Of a stretch of 64,000 nt of DNA, positions 15,626-25,300 are shown in pieces. Location: contig JAVVEA010000010.1 in NCBI GenBank assembly GCA_032250835.1, positions 1 through 64,000 of the forward strand, read 5' to 3'. The notes under the pieces were generated by a model. That model was not told where the DNA came from. It saw nothing but the letters and a program-made list of their open reading frames with translations, and ran no database searches. The DNA is from a bacterium. Its GTDB lineage: Bacteria > SAR324 > XYD2-FULL-50-16. The position numbers were made by a program, and so were the translations under genes. Position 1 is the stretch's first letter. Each line of letters opens with the position of its first letter.

Positions 15626-15715
15626 CCCCGTCCCTACCCAATCCAGTAGGCTTAACAACCGGTTCTTGCCTCTTTGGGCTAGGCTGGGGTATGCAAAGGG
15701 GGAGTTACCACCCCA

Positions 15716-16408
15716 ATGCAATCCTCGATGAGCTTATCAAACCACCAAATCCAGTTTAAAGGGGTTGTGAAAGGTTACCTGAAAAAGGAACCGATCTTGA
15801 GCAACCTCAATCTTAGCGTCGCTTGCGGCGAGTTTTTGTACCTCACCGGGGCCTCTGGTGCGGGCAAGACCACGCTGTTTAAGCTGCTCATGGGCTTAGA
15901 GCTGCCCGACGCCGGGGAGGTCTATTTTGAAGGGCACTCGGTCACCGCGCTAAAGCCTAAGGCCATGCCGGCCCACCGGCGGCAGTTCGGCATGATTTTC
16001 CAGGACTATAAACTACTGGAAAAAAAGACTGCCCGAGACAACATCTCCCTGCCGTTGTTGATCAGCGGACTGGACTTAGAGGAAACGCGGCGGCGCATCG
16101 ACGACATCGCCCTCAAGCTGGATATGGACCATATCTTGGACCAGCCGGTCCAAAGCCTTTCGGGCGGGGAGCAGCAGTTGGTGGCCATCGCCCGAGCCTC
16201 GGTACACAATCCTTCGGTCATCCTTGCCGACGAGCCCACCGCCAACCTAGATCAAGAAACGGCCCAGCGGATCTATGAGATTTTGGTCAAACTCAACCAA
16301 GGGGGAACCACGGTGATCCTGGCGACCCACAACCTTTCGCTGATCAAGAAGCATCCTCAGCGGACCTTGCTGATCAGGGAAGGGCGATTGTTAGAGGTAC
16401 AGCGATGA
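15716..16408 (+). CDS. ftsE: Cell-division ABC ATPase FtsE (start could be 15728)
   Basis: [32 protein letters not shown]; upstream of ftsX. Confidence 0.85.
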   Translation: MQSSMSLSNHQIQFKGVVKGYLKKEPILSNLNLSVACGEFLYLTGASGAGKTTLFKLLMGLELPDAGEVYFEGHSVTALKPKAMPAHRRQFGMIFQDYKLLEKKTARDNISLPLLISGLDLEETRRRIDDIALKLDMDHILDQPVQSLSGGEQQLVAIARASVHNPSVILADEPTANLDQETAQRIYEILVKLNQGGTTVILATHNLSLIKKHPQRTLLIREGRLLEVQR

Positions 16409-17295
16409 ACCGAAAGGTCCTGATCCATCAGGTTAATGACAATATCCGTGCCCATTGGGGCACGACTTTAACGGGTGTGGCCACGACCACCATCTCGCTG
16501 GTGATCTTGGGCACCTTCTTTTTGGTTTACCAAAACCTGATCCACATCACCGAAATCTTCTTCAACCAAAGCCACTATTCGGTCTTTTTGAGCGAAAGGC
16601 CCAGCGAGGCGGATCGTCAGAACGTGATCAACCGCCTCAGCCGAGTGCCCGGCGTACACGACATCCACGTGGTTTCGCCCGATCAAGCCCGTGCGGAACT
16701 GCTCGACGCCTTTAAAGAAGCGCGGCCGGTCTTAGAGAAGGTCAACTTCACGCGGCTGCCTTGGGTGATAGACTTTTCCTTAACCAGAGAAGGGGGGCTG
16801 TCCGAGGCCGAGATTGCCCAGATCGAGAGCATCCCTAAGGTGGACGAACTCTACTTTGGCCGCGAAACCAAAGATCAGGTCGAAACCTTCTTTGGCCTGG
16901 CCAACTTTGTGGGGCTCTTCCTGGTGGCGTTGTTGGTGGTTTCGATCCTGTTCATCATCAAAAATACCATCCAGATTGGGGTGCGTATGCGGTTTCAGGA
17001 AATCGAAATCCTGAGCCACCTTGGGGCCACTAGGCGCTTCATCGGGCTGCCCTTCTTGATCGAAGGGGGACTGATCGGCGCTAGCGCGGCGGCTGCGGCC
17101 TTAGGGGTGGTCTATTTTTTGTACCAATTTGTACTCGCCGGGGTGACCTTTAACCAAGCGACCTACGGGCTTCCTTTGGTGGTTCGTTTTTACTCGGTTG
17201 GCCAGGCTGTTGGGTTGATTTTGGGGCTCTTCGTGATAGGTCTGTTGTCGTCGCATTTGGCTACGGGACGAATCCTCAAATCCTTCCAACACTAA
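16405..17295 (+). CDS. ftsX: Cell-division permease FtsX
   Basis: TM-periplasmic domain-3TM; IKNTI...EIEIL..LGATRRFIGLPFLIEG. Confidence 0.85.
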   Translation: MNRKVLIHQVNDNIRAHWGTTLTGVATTTISLVILGTFFLVYQNLIHITEIFFNQSHYSVFLSERPSEADRQNVINRLSRVPGVHDIHVVSPDQARAELLDAFKEARPVLEKVNFTRLPWVIDFSLTREGGLSEAEIAQIESIPKVDELYFGRETKDQVETFFGLANFVGLFLVALLVVSILFIIKNTIQIGVRMRFQEIEILSHLGATRRFIGLPFLIEGGLIGASAAAAALGVVYFLYQFVLAGVTFNQATYGLPLVVRFYSVGQAVGLILGLFVIGLLSSHLATGRILKSFQH

Positions 17296-17299
17296 TCCC

Positions 17300-18487
17300 A
17301 TGCGCTGGTTCCTGCTTTGCCTCCTGTGCTTTCTGGGCTCGTCTCTTCTGGGGGCGAGCACCGAGGAGTGGACCCACAAAAGGATCCAGGTCCAGCGGGA
17401 ACGCCAAGACTTGACCGACTTAATCGAGCAGTCCAAGGACAAAGAATGGGGCGTTTTGGAGACGCTCAAGGCGCTGGATAAAAATCTGGGTAAGAAGAAG
17501 CGGGAGTTGAAGATCCTGCTGGATTCGGTGAGGGAGTTAGAAACCAGCATCAAGCTAATAGAGAAGCAGCTCAAAACCCGCCAGCGTCTTTTGATCAAAG
17601 ATGCCGACCGGCTCAACCAACAGCTTACGGCGCTTTTTCACATCCAAAAGGTACGCCATCTGACCCTGTTTCCGGGCCTTTCTTCTTATGAGGACTACTT
17701 CCGCAACCAACGGCTGTTGCAGAAGTTGTCTACCGTAGACGCTCAGCTGGTCTTCCAATTGGCCGAACAGTTGGGGCAGCAACAGAAACAAAGAGAGGAA
17801 TTGACCAAGAAGAAAGAGCGGCTTCAGGCGTTGCTGGCCGAACAAGACCGGCAACGTTTGTCTTTGGCTACAGAACTCCACCAGCAAAAAAGCTACCTAA
17901 AACAGTTACGTCGAGACCGTAGTTTACGCCGAAGATTGCTCAAGGAAGCAGGGCGCGAGTTGGAGCGAATCAACGGCTTGATCGAATCCGCAAAAAAACA
18001 GCCGCCGCCGACAACCGAAGCCTCAGAACTTGACCCCAGACCGGTGGGATTGCCTCAGGTGGAACCCTACTCCGGCTTGCGCCAGCTCAAGGGCCTTCTG
18101 GACCCGCCGGTTGTCGGCGGATTGGTCTTGAAATTCAAGGAATCCCGTCCTTTTAGTGGACTTTACAAAAAGGGGGTTTTGGTCCGCACCGACGAATCGG
18201 CCCAAGCCAAAGCAGTGTGGTTGGGTCGGGTGGTTTTTGCCGGGGGCTTTCGGGGCTTTGGGGAAATGGTGATCTTAGACCACGGGCGCGGTAGCTTCAC
18301 GGTCTATGGTAACTTAGAAGAAGCCCGGGTGGCACAAGATCAAGAGGTGGCCGCCGGAACGGACCTGGGTCAGGTCGCCTATACCAGCGGCGACGAAGAA
18401 GGCTATTTGTTGTATTTTGAAGTGCGCTACCACAAACGCTCTGAAGACCCTATCACCTGGCTAAAAGACAATACATGGAAGCATTAA
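17300..18487 (+). CDS. envC: EnvC-like murein hydrolase activator (coiled coil + degenerate M23)
   Basis: Signal peptide, long coiled coil, GFGEMVILDHG...VYGNL...LYFEVR lacking the Zn ligands; follows ftsEX. Confidence 0.75.
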   Translation: MRWFLLCLLCFLGSSLLGASTEEWTHKRIQVQRERQDLTDLIEQSKDKEWGVLETLKALDKNLGKKKRELKILLDSVRELETSIKLIEKQLKTRQRLLIKDADRLNQQLTALFHIQKVRHLTLFPGLSSYEDYFRNQRLLQKLSTVDAQLVFQLAEQLGQQQKQREELTKKKERLQALLAEQDRQRLSLATELHQQKSYLKQLRRDRSLRRRLLKEAGRELERINGLIESAKKQPPPTTEASELDPRPVGLPQVEPYSGLRQLKGLLDPPVVGGLVLKFKESRPFSGLYKKGVLVRTDESAQAKAVWLGRVVFAGGFRGFGEMVILDHGRGSFTVYGNLEEARVAQDQEVAAGTDLGQVAYTSGDEEGYLLYFEVRYHKRSEDPITWLKDNTWKH

Positions 18488-19455
18488 AAGCAATTGAGTC
18501 CCTAGGGCAAAAACACTTTGGCGGCGCGGTAGCCGTGGCCCCCCTGTTGGGTGATGGCTCGGACAGGCGGTTGTTTCGGGTGATCCGAGCCGAGGAACGG
18601 GCGGTGGGCGTCTGGAATCGAGATCTGCAGGAGAACCAAGACTTCTTGGTGATTACCGAGGCCATGCACCGCCTGGGTATTCCGGTGCCGCAGGTTTATT
18701 GCGCCAACGAAGACCAATCGGCCTATCTGCTCGAAGACTTGGGTGAAGAAAACCTCGCCCAAATGTTGGTGCGGTGGCAGACCGCCGGGGATCAAGCCGC
18801 TATTCTGGGAGCCTATACCCAAGCACTGGACTGGCTACCACGCATCCAGACCGGCTTGGCCAAGTTGTTGGGGCCTAGGCTGAAGGACCGCCAAATGGAC
18901 CGTGCTGCGTTGTTGGCCGACTTAGACTACTTTGAGCAACATTTTGTCCAACTCTTCGGCCATCAGGCAGCCTACCGGCCCCAGCTGCGCGCCGAATTGG
19001 AACGGGAATTGGTTGGTCCGGTAGCGGCGTTGCCCGTTGAGGTCTTTGTGTGCCGCGACTTTCAGGCCCGCAACTTCATGTACCCCCAAGGTAAAATCCA
19101 CTTCCTAGACTACCAATCGGCGATGCTGGGCAACAAATATTATGACTTGGCCAGCATGCTCTACGCCTCCAAGGCGTTTCTGACGGACAGACACCGAAAA
19201 CTCCTGCTCTACCACGCCTACCAAAAGCTCAAGGACGAGGGCGAGAGCAAAGATCTATTTGAGGACCGCTTCACCCGCGTGTTGCTGCTGCGCCGCCTCC
19301 GCAGCCTGGGGAGTTATGGCTACTTGGGCGCAGTCAAAAAGAAGCGCGGCTTCTTGGAGTCCCTCTCGCCCGCCAAAGACGAAATCCTCACCCTAGCCGA
19401 ATCCCGCCGCGGCACCCTACCCGAACTGATCGCTTTCTTGCGGGGGTTGGGGTGA
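18475..19455 (+). CDS. Aminoglycoside-phosphotransferase-family kinase, AmgK-like
   Basis: GDGSDRRLFRV, LLEDLG, CRDFQARN, LDYQ, YDLASML. Confidence 0.7.
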   Translation: MEALKAIESLGQKHFGGAVAVAPLLGDGSDRRLFRVIRAEERAVGVWNRDLQENQDFLVITEAMHRLGIPVPQVYCANEDQSAYLLEDLGEENLAQMLVRWQTAGDQAAILGAYTQALDWLPRIQTGLAKLLGPRLKDRQMDRAALLADLDYFEQHFVQLFGHQAAYRPQLRAELERELVGPVAALPVEVFVCRDFQARNFMYPQGKIHFLDYQSAMLGNKYYDLASMLYASKAFLTDRHRKLLLYHAYQKLKDEGESKDLFEDRFTRVLLLRRLRSLGSYGYLGAVKKKRGFLESLSPAKDEILTLAESRRGTLPELIAFLRGLG

Positions 19456-19515
19456 ATGGCTCACGGGCTTTGATTCTTATGGGGCAGGATTTGGTTCTGA
19501 CCCAACGGAAGCCCT

Positions 19516-19806
19516 TCACAAGTTCAGCTTCACCCTTCCCAAGGCGTATTGATGCACCAAAGCGCTGATTAACGTTTGGTAAGGGATACCGTCCAGGGCC
19601 GCTTTCTGGCGGATGGCATCAAAATCGTGGTCCGAAAGCCGGAAGGTTACGGTCTTGGTCTTCTTTTGAGAGTCCTTCGCCGCTTGGCGGATAGATTGTT
19701 TGAGAGCCTCATCAGTCGAAGGTTTCCAAGCCTCTGTCTCAAGAGAGCGCATCCAATCTTGTTCTTCAACGTCTAGCGGCGCGTAGAGGTCTTTTTGTTT
19801 ACCCAT
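19516..19806 (-). CDS. Type II antitoxin (BrnA/CopG-like, RHH C-terminus)
   Basis: MGKQKDLYAPLDVEE...KTKTVTFRLS..D...IRQKA..DGIPYQTLISALVHQY; overlaps toxin stop by 8 bp. Confidence 0.75.
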   Translation of the reverse strand: MGKQKDLYAPLDVEEQDWMRSLETEAWKPSTDEALKQSIRQAAKDSQKKTKTVTFRLSDHDFDAIRQKAALDGIPYQTLISALVHQYALGRVKLNL

Positions 19807-20062
19807 CTTGGTAACGCTTTTTGTACTTCCGGCTGGGGAAGGCAGTTTTAAGAAACAGTGAACCATCGGGTTCCAACAAACAGGGCACGGCATAAACGTA
19901 GTTGTTGATTTGGACCAACAGCATTTTTTGGTGCTCCCGAGTCGGGTGGTCCAGTAGCTCTAAGAAACCATCGGTGGCAATCACTTGCTCAATCACCTCA
20001 AAGGTGATGCCGCGCTCTTCGAGTAGCTTTAGATTCTTCACCGGATTCCACTTTAGTTTCAT
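19799..20062 (-). CDS. BrnT-like type II toxin
   Basis: WNPVKNLKLLEERGITFE...HP...Q...YVYAVP...FLKTAFPSRKYKKRY. Confidence 0.75.
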   Translation of the reverse strand: MKLKWNPVKNLKLLEERGITFEVIEQVIATDGFLELLDHPTREHQKMLLVQINNYVYAVPCLLEPDGSLFLKTAFPSRKYKKRYQDG

Positions 20063-20068
20063 GGCCCC

Positions 20069-20102
20069 ATTTTACCTCTTTGTATTGGCATATGCAATAC
20101 AA
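20069..20102 (-). promoter_or_regulatory. TA promoter with overlapping palindromic operator
   Basis: Minus strand TTGCAT-17 bp-TAAAAT; palindrome TTGTATTG-N7-CAATACAA at 20080-20102. Confidence 0.65.
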
Positions 20103-20242
20103 GAAAGCAGTGGTGGGATTATCAGCTCAATGGGCAGTCGGGACAAATATTAAATCGAAAACAAATTGAGCAGCGGATTGTGGATTCCGCAGTGGGTTTT
20201 AGGGCGACTTCCGTGTTAGGAGGGCGTCGAATCAGTCCCGGC

Positions 20243-20437
20243 TTAAACTGGCTCAATCACCGCAAACAAGGCTTTGGGGAAGGGGTCGTGGTTGCCGAAG
20301 AAGTGGGTTTCGGTGAGGGATGCGATGGTGAGGCCTGCGGGTTCGAAGGCGGCCTTGAGGTCCTCCGGGTGGATGCGGTTGGGCCCTTCGGTGCCTGGTT
20401 GTTGGTAGGAAAAACACTTGAGCAGCAGACGACCGGC
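20243..20437 (-). pseudogene. 3' fragment of a class I SAM-dependent methyltransferase
   Basis: Manual translation: GRLLLKCFSYQQPGTEGPNRIHPEDLKAAFEPAGLTIASLTETHFFGNHDPFPKALFAVIEPV*; no homologous N-terminus immediately upstream; not in ORF track. Confidence 0.6.
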
Positions 20438-20797
20438 CCTGGATGACCTAGCCCTCCACTTTGCAGGCAGAGGTGGCCCTTTTCGCCGGGTCGAAGTCGT
20501 GCCGACAACCCAACCCAGTCCAGAAGAAGCGATTCTCCCAATTTTTCTTAGACCAGAACAAACTGTCTAGGCAGCGGCACCTCAGCAACTTGGCGGCCAT
20601 TTTGGGTTCAGCGTTTCCATTGGTAACACTAAACCTCTTGTATTCAAGGAAATTCCAACATACCTTTAAGAGACTGAGTAAAAGACGAACCAAGTCCTGC
20701 CGATTCCTCCCGTCTGTGTGGTTGGACCAGGGGAAACCAAAAAACCCAGAAAGAATGTCGTAAAGCAATCTTTTGAGACATCGCGTTAGAAAAAGAC

Positions 20798-20829
20798 TTG
20801 ACCCTGTACTAGGGTAGCGGGTTTAGACT
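20798..20829 (+). promoter_or_regulatory. MerR-type extended-spacer promoter/operator
   Basis: TTGACC-20 bp-TAGACT with dyad ACCCTGTAC-N4-GTAGCGGGT. Confidence 0.75.
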
Positions 20830-20842
20830 GAGGGCGAAGGAG

Positions 20843-21262
20843 GTGAAGATGGAAAGAAAAATTGGCCAAATGGCCGCAGGCATGGGCATCAACCGGCAAA
20901 CCCTGCTCTATTATGAAAGAATGGGGTTGTTGAATGCGGAAAGCCGTTCCGCTTCCGGTTATCGCTATTACGGTGAAGCCAGCCAACTTAGGTTGCGCTT
21001 CATTCTCAAGGCCAAGGGGCTGGGGTTTTCACTTCAGGAAATTCGAGAACTCTTGAATCTTAGAGCAGAAGCTCAGGCCAATTGTGATTCTATCCGCACC
21101 AAAGCGGAACAAAAACTTGCCGAGATTGAAGGTAAGGTGGCTTTTTTGATTAGAATGCAAAACAGTCTTGCGCGTTTGGTACAGGACTGTGAGCACCGAA
21201 AATCCAGCGACCCTTGCCCCATTCTCGCCACATTGGAGGAAAACGAAGATGAAACAATTTAA
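20843..21262 (+). CDS. merR: Heavy-metal MerR-family regulator, Hg(II)-type Cys pattern
   Basis: HTH (IGQMA...QTLLYYERMGLL...SGYRYY), GFSLQEI; Cys in QANCDS plus C-x8-C (CEHRKSSDPCPI). Confidence 0.8.
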   Translation: MKMERKIGQMAAGMGINRQTLLYYERMGLLNAESRSASGYRYYGEASQLRLRFILKAKGLGFSLQEIRELLNLRAEAQANCDSIRTKAEQKLAEIEGKVAFLIRMQNSLARLVQDCEHRKSSDPCPILATLEENEDETI

Positions 21263-21521
21263 ACTGATATATTTCACTGGCTGCCCCAATGCTAAGCCCA
21301 CGAAGCGGCTTCTAGCTCAAGCCGGTGCCGAGATGATCGAGGAAATCTTGCAGGACAACCTGCCCCAAGGGCATGTGTATAAAGAATATTCTTCGCCTAC
21401 CGTGGTGTTGGACGAAGAGGTTTTGTTTGGGGCCCAAAGCACGGGAGGAAACGGTGGGTGCAGTCTTGCACTGCCCGACCTTGAGCGCGCTCAATCCTGG
21501 GTGGCTCTGGCTCGATCATGA
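21249..21521 (+). CDS. Small thioredoxin/glutaredoxin-fold protein
   Basis: MKQFKLIYFTGCPNA, cis-Pro-like SSPTVVLD, late Cys GGCS; overlaps merR stop. Confidence 0.65.
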   Translation: MKQFKLIYFTGCPNAKPTKRLLAQAGAEMIEEILQDNLPQGHVYKEYSSPTVVLDEEVLFGAQSTGGNGGCSLALPDLERAQSWVALARS

Positions 21522-21757
21522 AACGCAATCTTGCTCGGATTGGCTTGCTGGGGGTAGTGCTCACGGGCATGTGCTGCATAACCCCCTTGGCGGTGGTTTC
21601 CCTAGCTTCAATCGGTTTTTCGGGCATTACAGTCTATTTAGATTTGGTGCTGGTTCCGCTATTTTTCCTATGCATGGGCCTCTTTGGGCTGGGAGTAGTT
21701 CTTAATCGGAAAAAGTGCCGCATTGACAAGAGTCAAAGTATAGAAAAAGGAGGTTAA
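21518..21757 (+). CDS. merF: MerF-like mercury transporter
   Basis: 79 aa, 2 TM, MCCITP...YLDLVLVP resembles MerF LCCFTP...YLDYVLLP. Confidence 0.75.
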   Translation: MKRNLARIGLLGVVLTGMCCITPLAVVSLASIGFSGITVYLDLVLVPLFFLCMGLFGLGVVLNRKKCRIDKSQSIEKGG

Positions 21758-21867
21758 GTTTTCCGTCACCAGCCCGAAGCCTGAAGGGTACAAAAGACAT
21801 GGAGGAAACTCTGGTCGGTAGGCCTCTTTCCTATTGCGGGCGGCCTGCCGGGCCTTGGGCGGATGGG

Positions 21868-22344
21868 TCATTCTTTGTAGATCACCTTCAAGATTTCCAC
21901 CTCCACGTCGCCTTTGGGCACCTTGAGGACGACTTCGTCGCCTTCGGATTTGCCGATCAGGGCGCGGGCGATGGGGCTTTTAAAGGATATCTTGCGGGCG
22001 TTGATGTCCGACTCGTCGTCGCCCACCAGCTGCCAAGTGGTTTCTTCGTCGGTGTCTAGATCCAAATAGGTGACCGTCGCGCCAAAGCGGATGACTGGGC
22101 CGGACTGGCCGTCGATCTTGATCACCTCGGAATTGGCGATGATGTGGTTGAGCCGCTCGATCCGGCCTTCGATGAAGCTTTGTTTTTCTCGGGCGGCGTG
22201 GTACTCGGCGTTTTCCTTTAGGTCGCCGTGCGAGCGGGCCTCGTCGATGGCTTCGATGATCTTAGGGCGTTCGACCTTGATCAATTGTTTGTGTTCTTCT
22301 TGCAGCTTACGATAGCCCGTATCGGTAATCGGTTGTTTTTCCAT
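21868..22344 (-). CDS. greA: Transcription elongation factor GreA
   Basis: ARSHGDLKENAEYHAAREKQ, ISFKSPIARALIGK. Confidence 0.97.
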   Translation of the reverse strand: MEKQPITDTGYRKLQEEHKQLIKVERPKIIEAIDEARSHGDLKENAEYHAAREKQSFIEGRIERLNHIIANSEVIKIDGQSGPVIRFGATVTYLDLDTDEETTWQLVGDDESDINARKISFKSPIARALIGKSEGDEVVLKVPKGDVEVEILKVIYKE

Positions 22345-22368
22345 GAAACTATAAGGTCGGTTGGGGGG

Positions 22369-25300
22369 TTACAAGGCAAACAGATCGTTCAGATCGTCTA
22401 GGTTGAGCATGTCTTCTAGGGACTCTGAATTGCCTACGATATTATCGGCCAAGGCCTGTTTCTTCTCTTGCAGATCAAGGATCTTCTCTTCGATGGAGTT
22501 GCGGGTGATCAACTTGTAGACGAACAAATGGTTCTTCTGGCCGATCCGGTAAGCCCGGTCGGTGGCCTGGGCCTCAGCCGCAGGGTTCCACCAGGGGTCA
22601 TAATGGATCACATAATCGGCCGCCGTTAGGTTGATGCCCGTACCGCCCGCTTTAAGGCTGATCAAAAAGACCGGGTAGTCGTCGCTTTGTTGGAACTTGT
22701 TGACCAACTCCTCGCGGTTTTTGCTGGTGCCGTCCAGTTGTAAGAAGGGAATCCCTTCTTTGTTGAGGTCCTCATGCATCAAATTGAGCATCTTGACGAA
22801 CTGACTAAACACCAGGACACGATGGCCTTCACCCACGATTTCCGTCAAGGTCTCCATGAACAGCTTGTACTTGGCCGAAGGCGGTGGATTCTCCCCTGCC
22901 AGCGGGCTTAAGCGGGGATCACAGCAGATTTGGCGTAGCTTCAAGAGGGCGTCGAAGATGGCGATTTTGGCTCCGTTAACGCCGCCGGCACTGATCTTCT
23001 CTTTGACCTGCTGGCGTACGATCTCCATCACCGACATATAAAGCTTTTTCTGCTGTTCGCCCATCTCGCTGTAAAGCGTTTGCTGGGTTTTCGGCGGCAG
23101 CTCCTTGGCCACGTTTTGTTTGAGTCGGCGCAGAATAAAGGGTTTGGTCTGGCGGCGGAGCAGGCCGTGGTCGGTGCGTTTCTTTTTGCCGCCCACTTTT
23201 TTCTTGGGCTTCACAAAATCCCGTTCAAATTCCTTAAGCGGCCCGAAGAAGCCGGGCATCAAGAAGTTGAATTGGCTCCAAAGCTCCATCACACTGTTTT
23301 CGATGGGCGTGCCGGTCAAGGTGATCCGTCGGTCCCCGCGCAATTGCATCACCGCTTGGCTGGTTTTGCTGCGCGCGTTTTTGATATTTTGTGCCTCGTC
23401 TAAGATGACCACATGGAATTCTTGGGAGGTCAGCCACTCCAAATCGCGCTGTAACAGGCCATAGGTAGTGATCACCAGATCCGCCTTCTCGGCCGCTTCG
23501 AAGTGGTCTTTGCGTTTCTGGCCATGCAGCAAAACGGCGTTGAAGTGGGGTACAAACTTCTTCACTTCCGCTAGCCAGTTGGTCACCACTGAGGTCGGCG
23601 CGATCACCAAACTGGGGCGCTTGTTGCGGGTCTTTTTCTTTAAGATTGCCAGATAGGTCAGGGTTTGCAGGGTCTTGCCCAGACCCATGTCGTCGGCCAA
23701 GATCCCGCCGAAGCCGTATTCGTATAAGAAACAAAGCCAATTGACGCCTTCGCGCTGGTAGTCGCGCAATTTGGCTTGGACTTCCTTGGGGATGCGCTGG
23801 TTACGGATGCCTTTGAAGTTGGTTAACTTCTGTTGGATCGCTTCCCATTCTTCGTCGTGGTCGCGTTGGCTGGCAATGGCTTCCAATTCGGTGAGCAGGC
23901 CCACTTGGTATTTGTCGACCTGGAGCGCTTCGGGTTGGATGTCGATCTCTTCGATCAGTTCTTCTAACCCTTTTTTACCTTTACCGGTGCGGCTTCGGGT
24001 CGTTTGGATCAGACGGTTGAGGATCGGCGCGTACTTCTCGATCCAACCCGAATCGATCACCGCAATGCCCTCACCGGCCTTCAATTCCACGGCCTCTTCG
24101 TTATTCTTCCACATATTGACCAGCTTTTTTAGGTCAAAAAGCTGGCCGTCGATGGTCATGGTCACCGAAACATCAAACCAATCGATGCCCGACTGGATGG
24201 TGGTGGCGATTTCGGGCACCAATTTCTTGGTTTTCCAGCGCTTGAGCTTGGTGCCGCCGAAATAGGTGACTAAGGATTCCGGGTCTTTGTTGGGCAAGGT
24301 TTCGAGCACGAAGACCATGGCCATGTCTTCACGCATGCTGTATTCGTCTTCACCTTCGCCGACCCAGCCAGTCGCGTATAGTTGGTCTTTAAGGGCCTGT
24401 TCCTGAGCAATGTCCTTAGGGATCTTGTAGGTCTTTTTATCTAAGGTCTGCTCAAACTCGTCGGCATTGAGTTCTAAGGGGTAAGGCATCTCGCCGATGC
24501 CGGTGACCATTACGGTTTCTAGGCGGCCCATCAACACGCCGCCGACTTCCCAGATGGTCATCTTGCCGTGTAACTTATAGTTAAACAGCGCCGAGACCCG
24601 CAGCACCCCTTGGGGGTCGTGGATCTCGATGTTGCGTTGTTTTAAGTAAGGCAACGCCGCGGCGTAAAAGTCGCTGATTTCGCTCTCTTCGACCACCACA
24701 CCGGCCATGGTGTCGTTGATTAAACGGCCCGAGAGCATGCTGCCCACCCGCTTGAGTTGGTCTTCTTCAAGCAAGAAGGCCGGGGCCATGCCCACCGCCT
24801 TGGGCATGATGCCCTCTTTCTTGCCGATCCGCTCAAATTGGCTTTTCCCTTTTTTGTCTAAGACAAAGCGTCCGATTTCACCCTTGAGCAGGTACTGATT
24901 TTCGTTTTCCGGGTTGCGGGTGACCACCACGCGGAAGTCGAGCCGCTCTGGGTTGATCATGTGCTGGTTGCCCGCATAGCTATAGGCGTAGGGGTATTCT
25001 TCAGCTAAGATCAACATCTGACTGGCTTGGTGGCGCTCTAGCGTATAAAACCCGTCGGTCATTTTGGAGGTGAAGATGGCCCGGAAGACCTGCATCAGCT
25101 TGGCCGCCTTGGGGCTCATCGCGGGGTTGTAAAGGGTGCAGGTGTTGCCGTCCCAATCTTCGCTTAAGGTGACCGCCAGCTTGTTGGTGTTAAAATGTTT
25201 GGTCTCTTCGTGCAGCCGGATTTCGATCACATCGGTGTCTTCGGCGAAGATCTCCACTTTCGCTTCGGGCTTCGAAAGCCAGTATTGCCAGCTGCGGACC

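Noticed and set aside
20448..20768. Overlapping ~100 aa ORFs on both strands
   Set aside because: No recognisable motif or SD on either strand; treated as unassigned DNA
19456..21860. Transposon or integrative element carrying the TA and mer genes
   Set aside because: No transposase or integrase, terminal inverted repeats or flanking direct repeats found by eye
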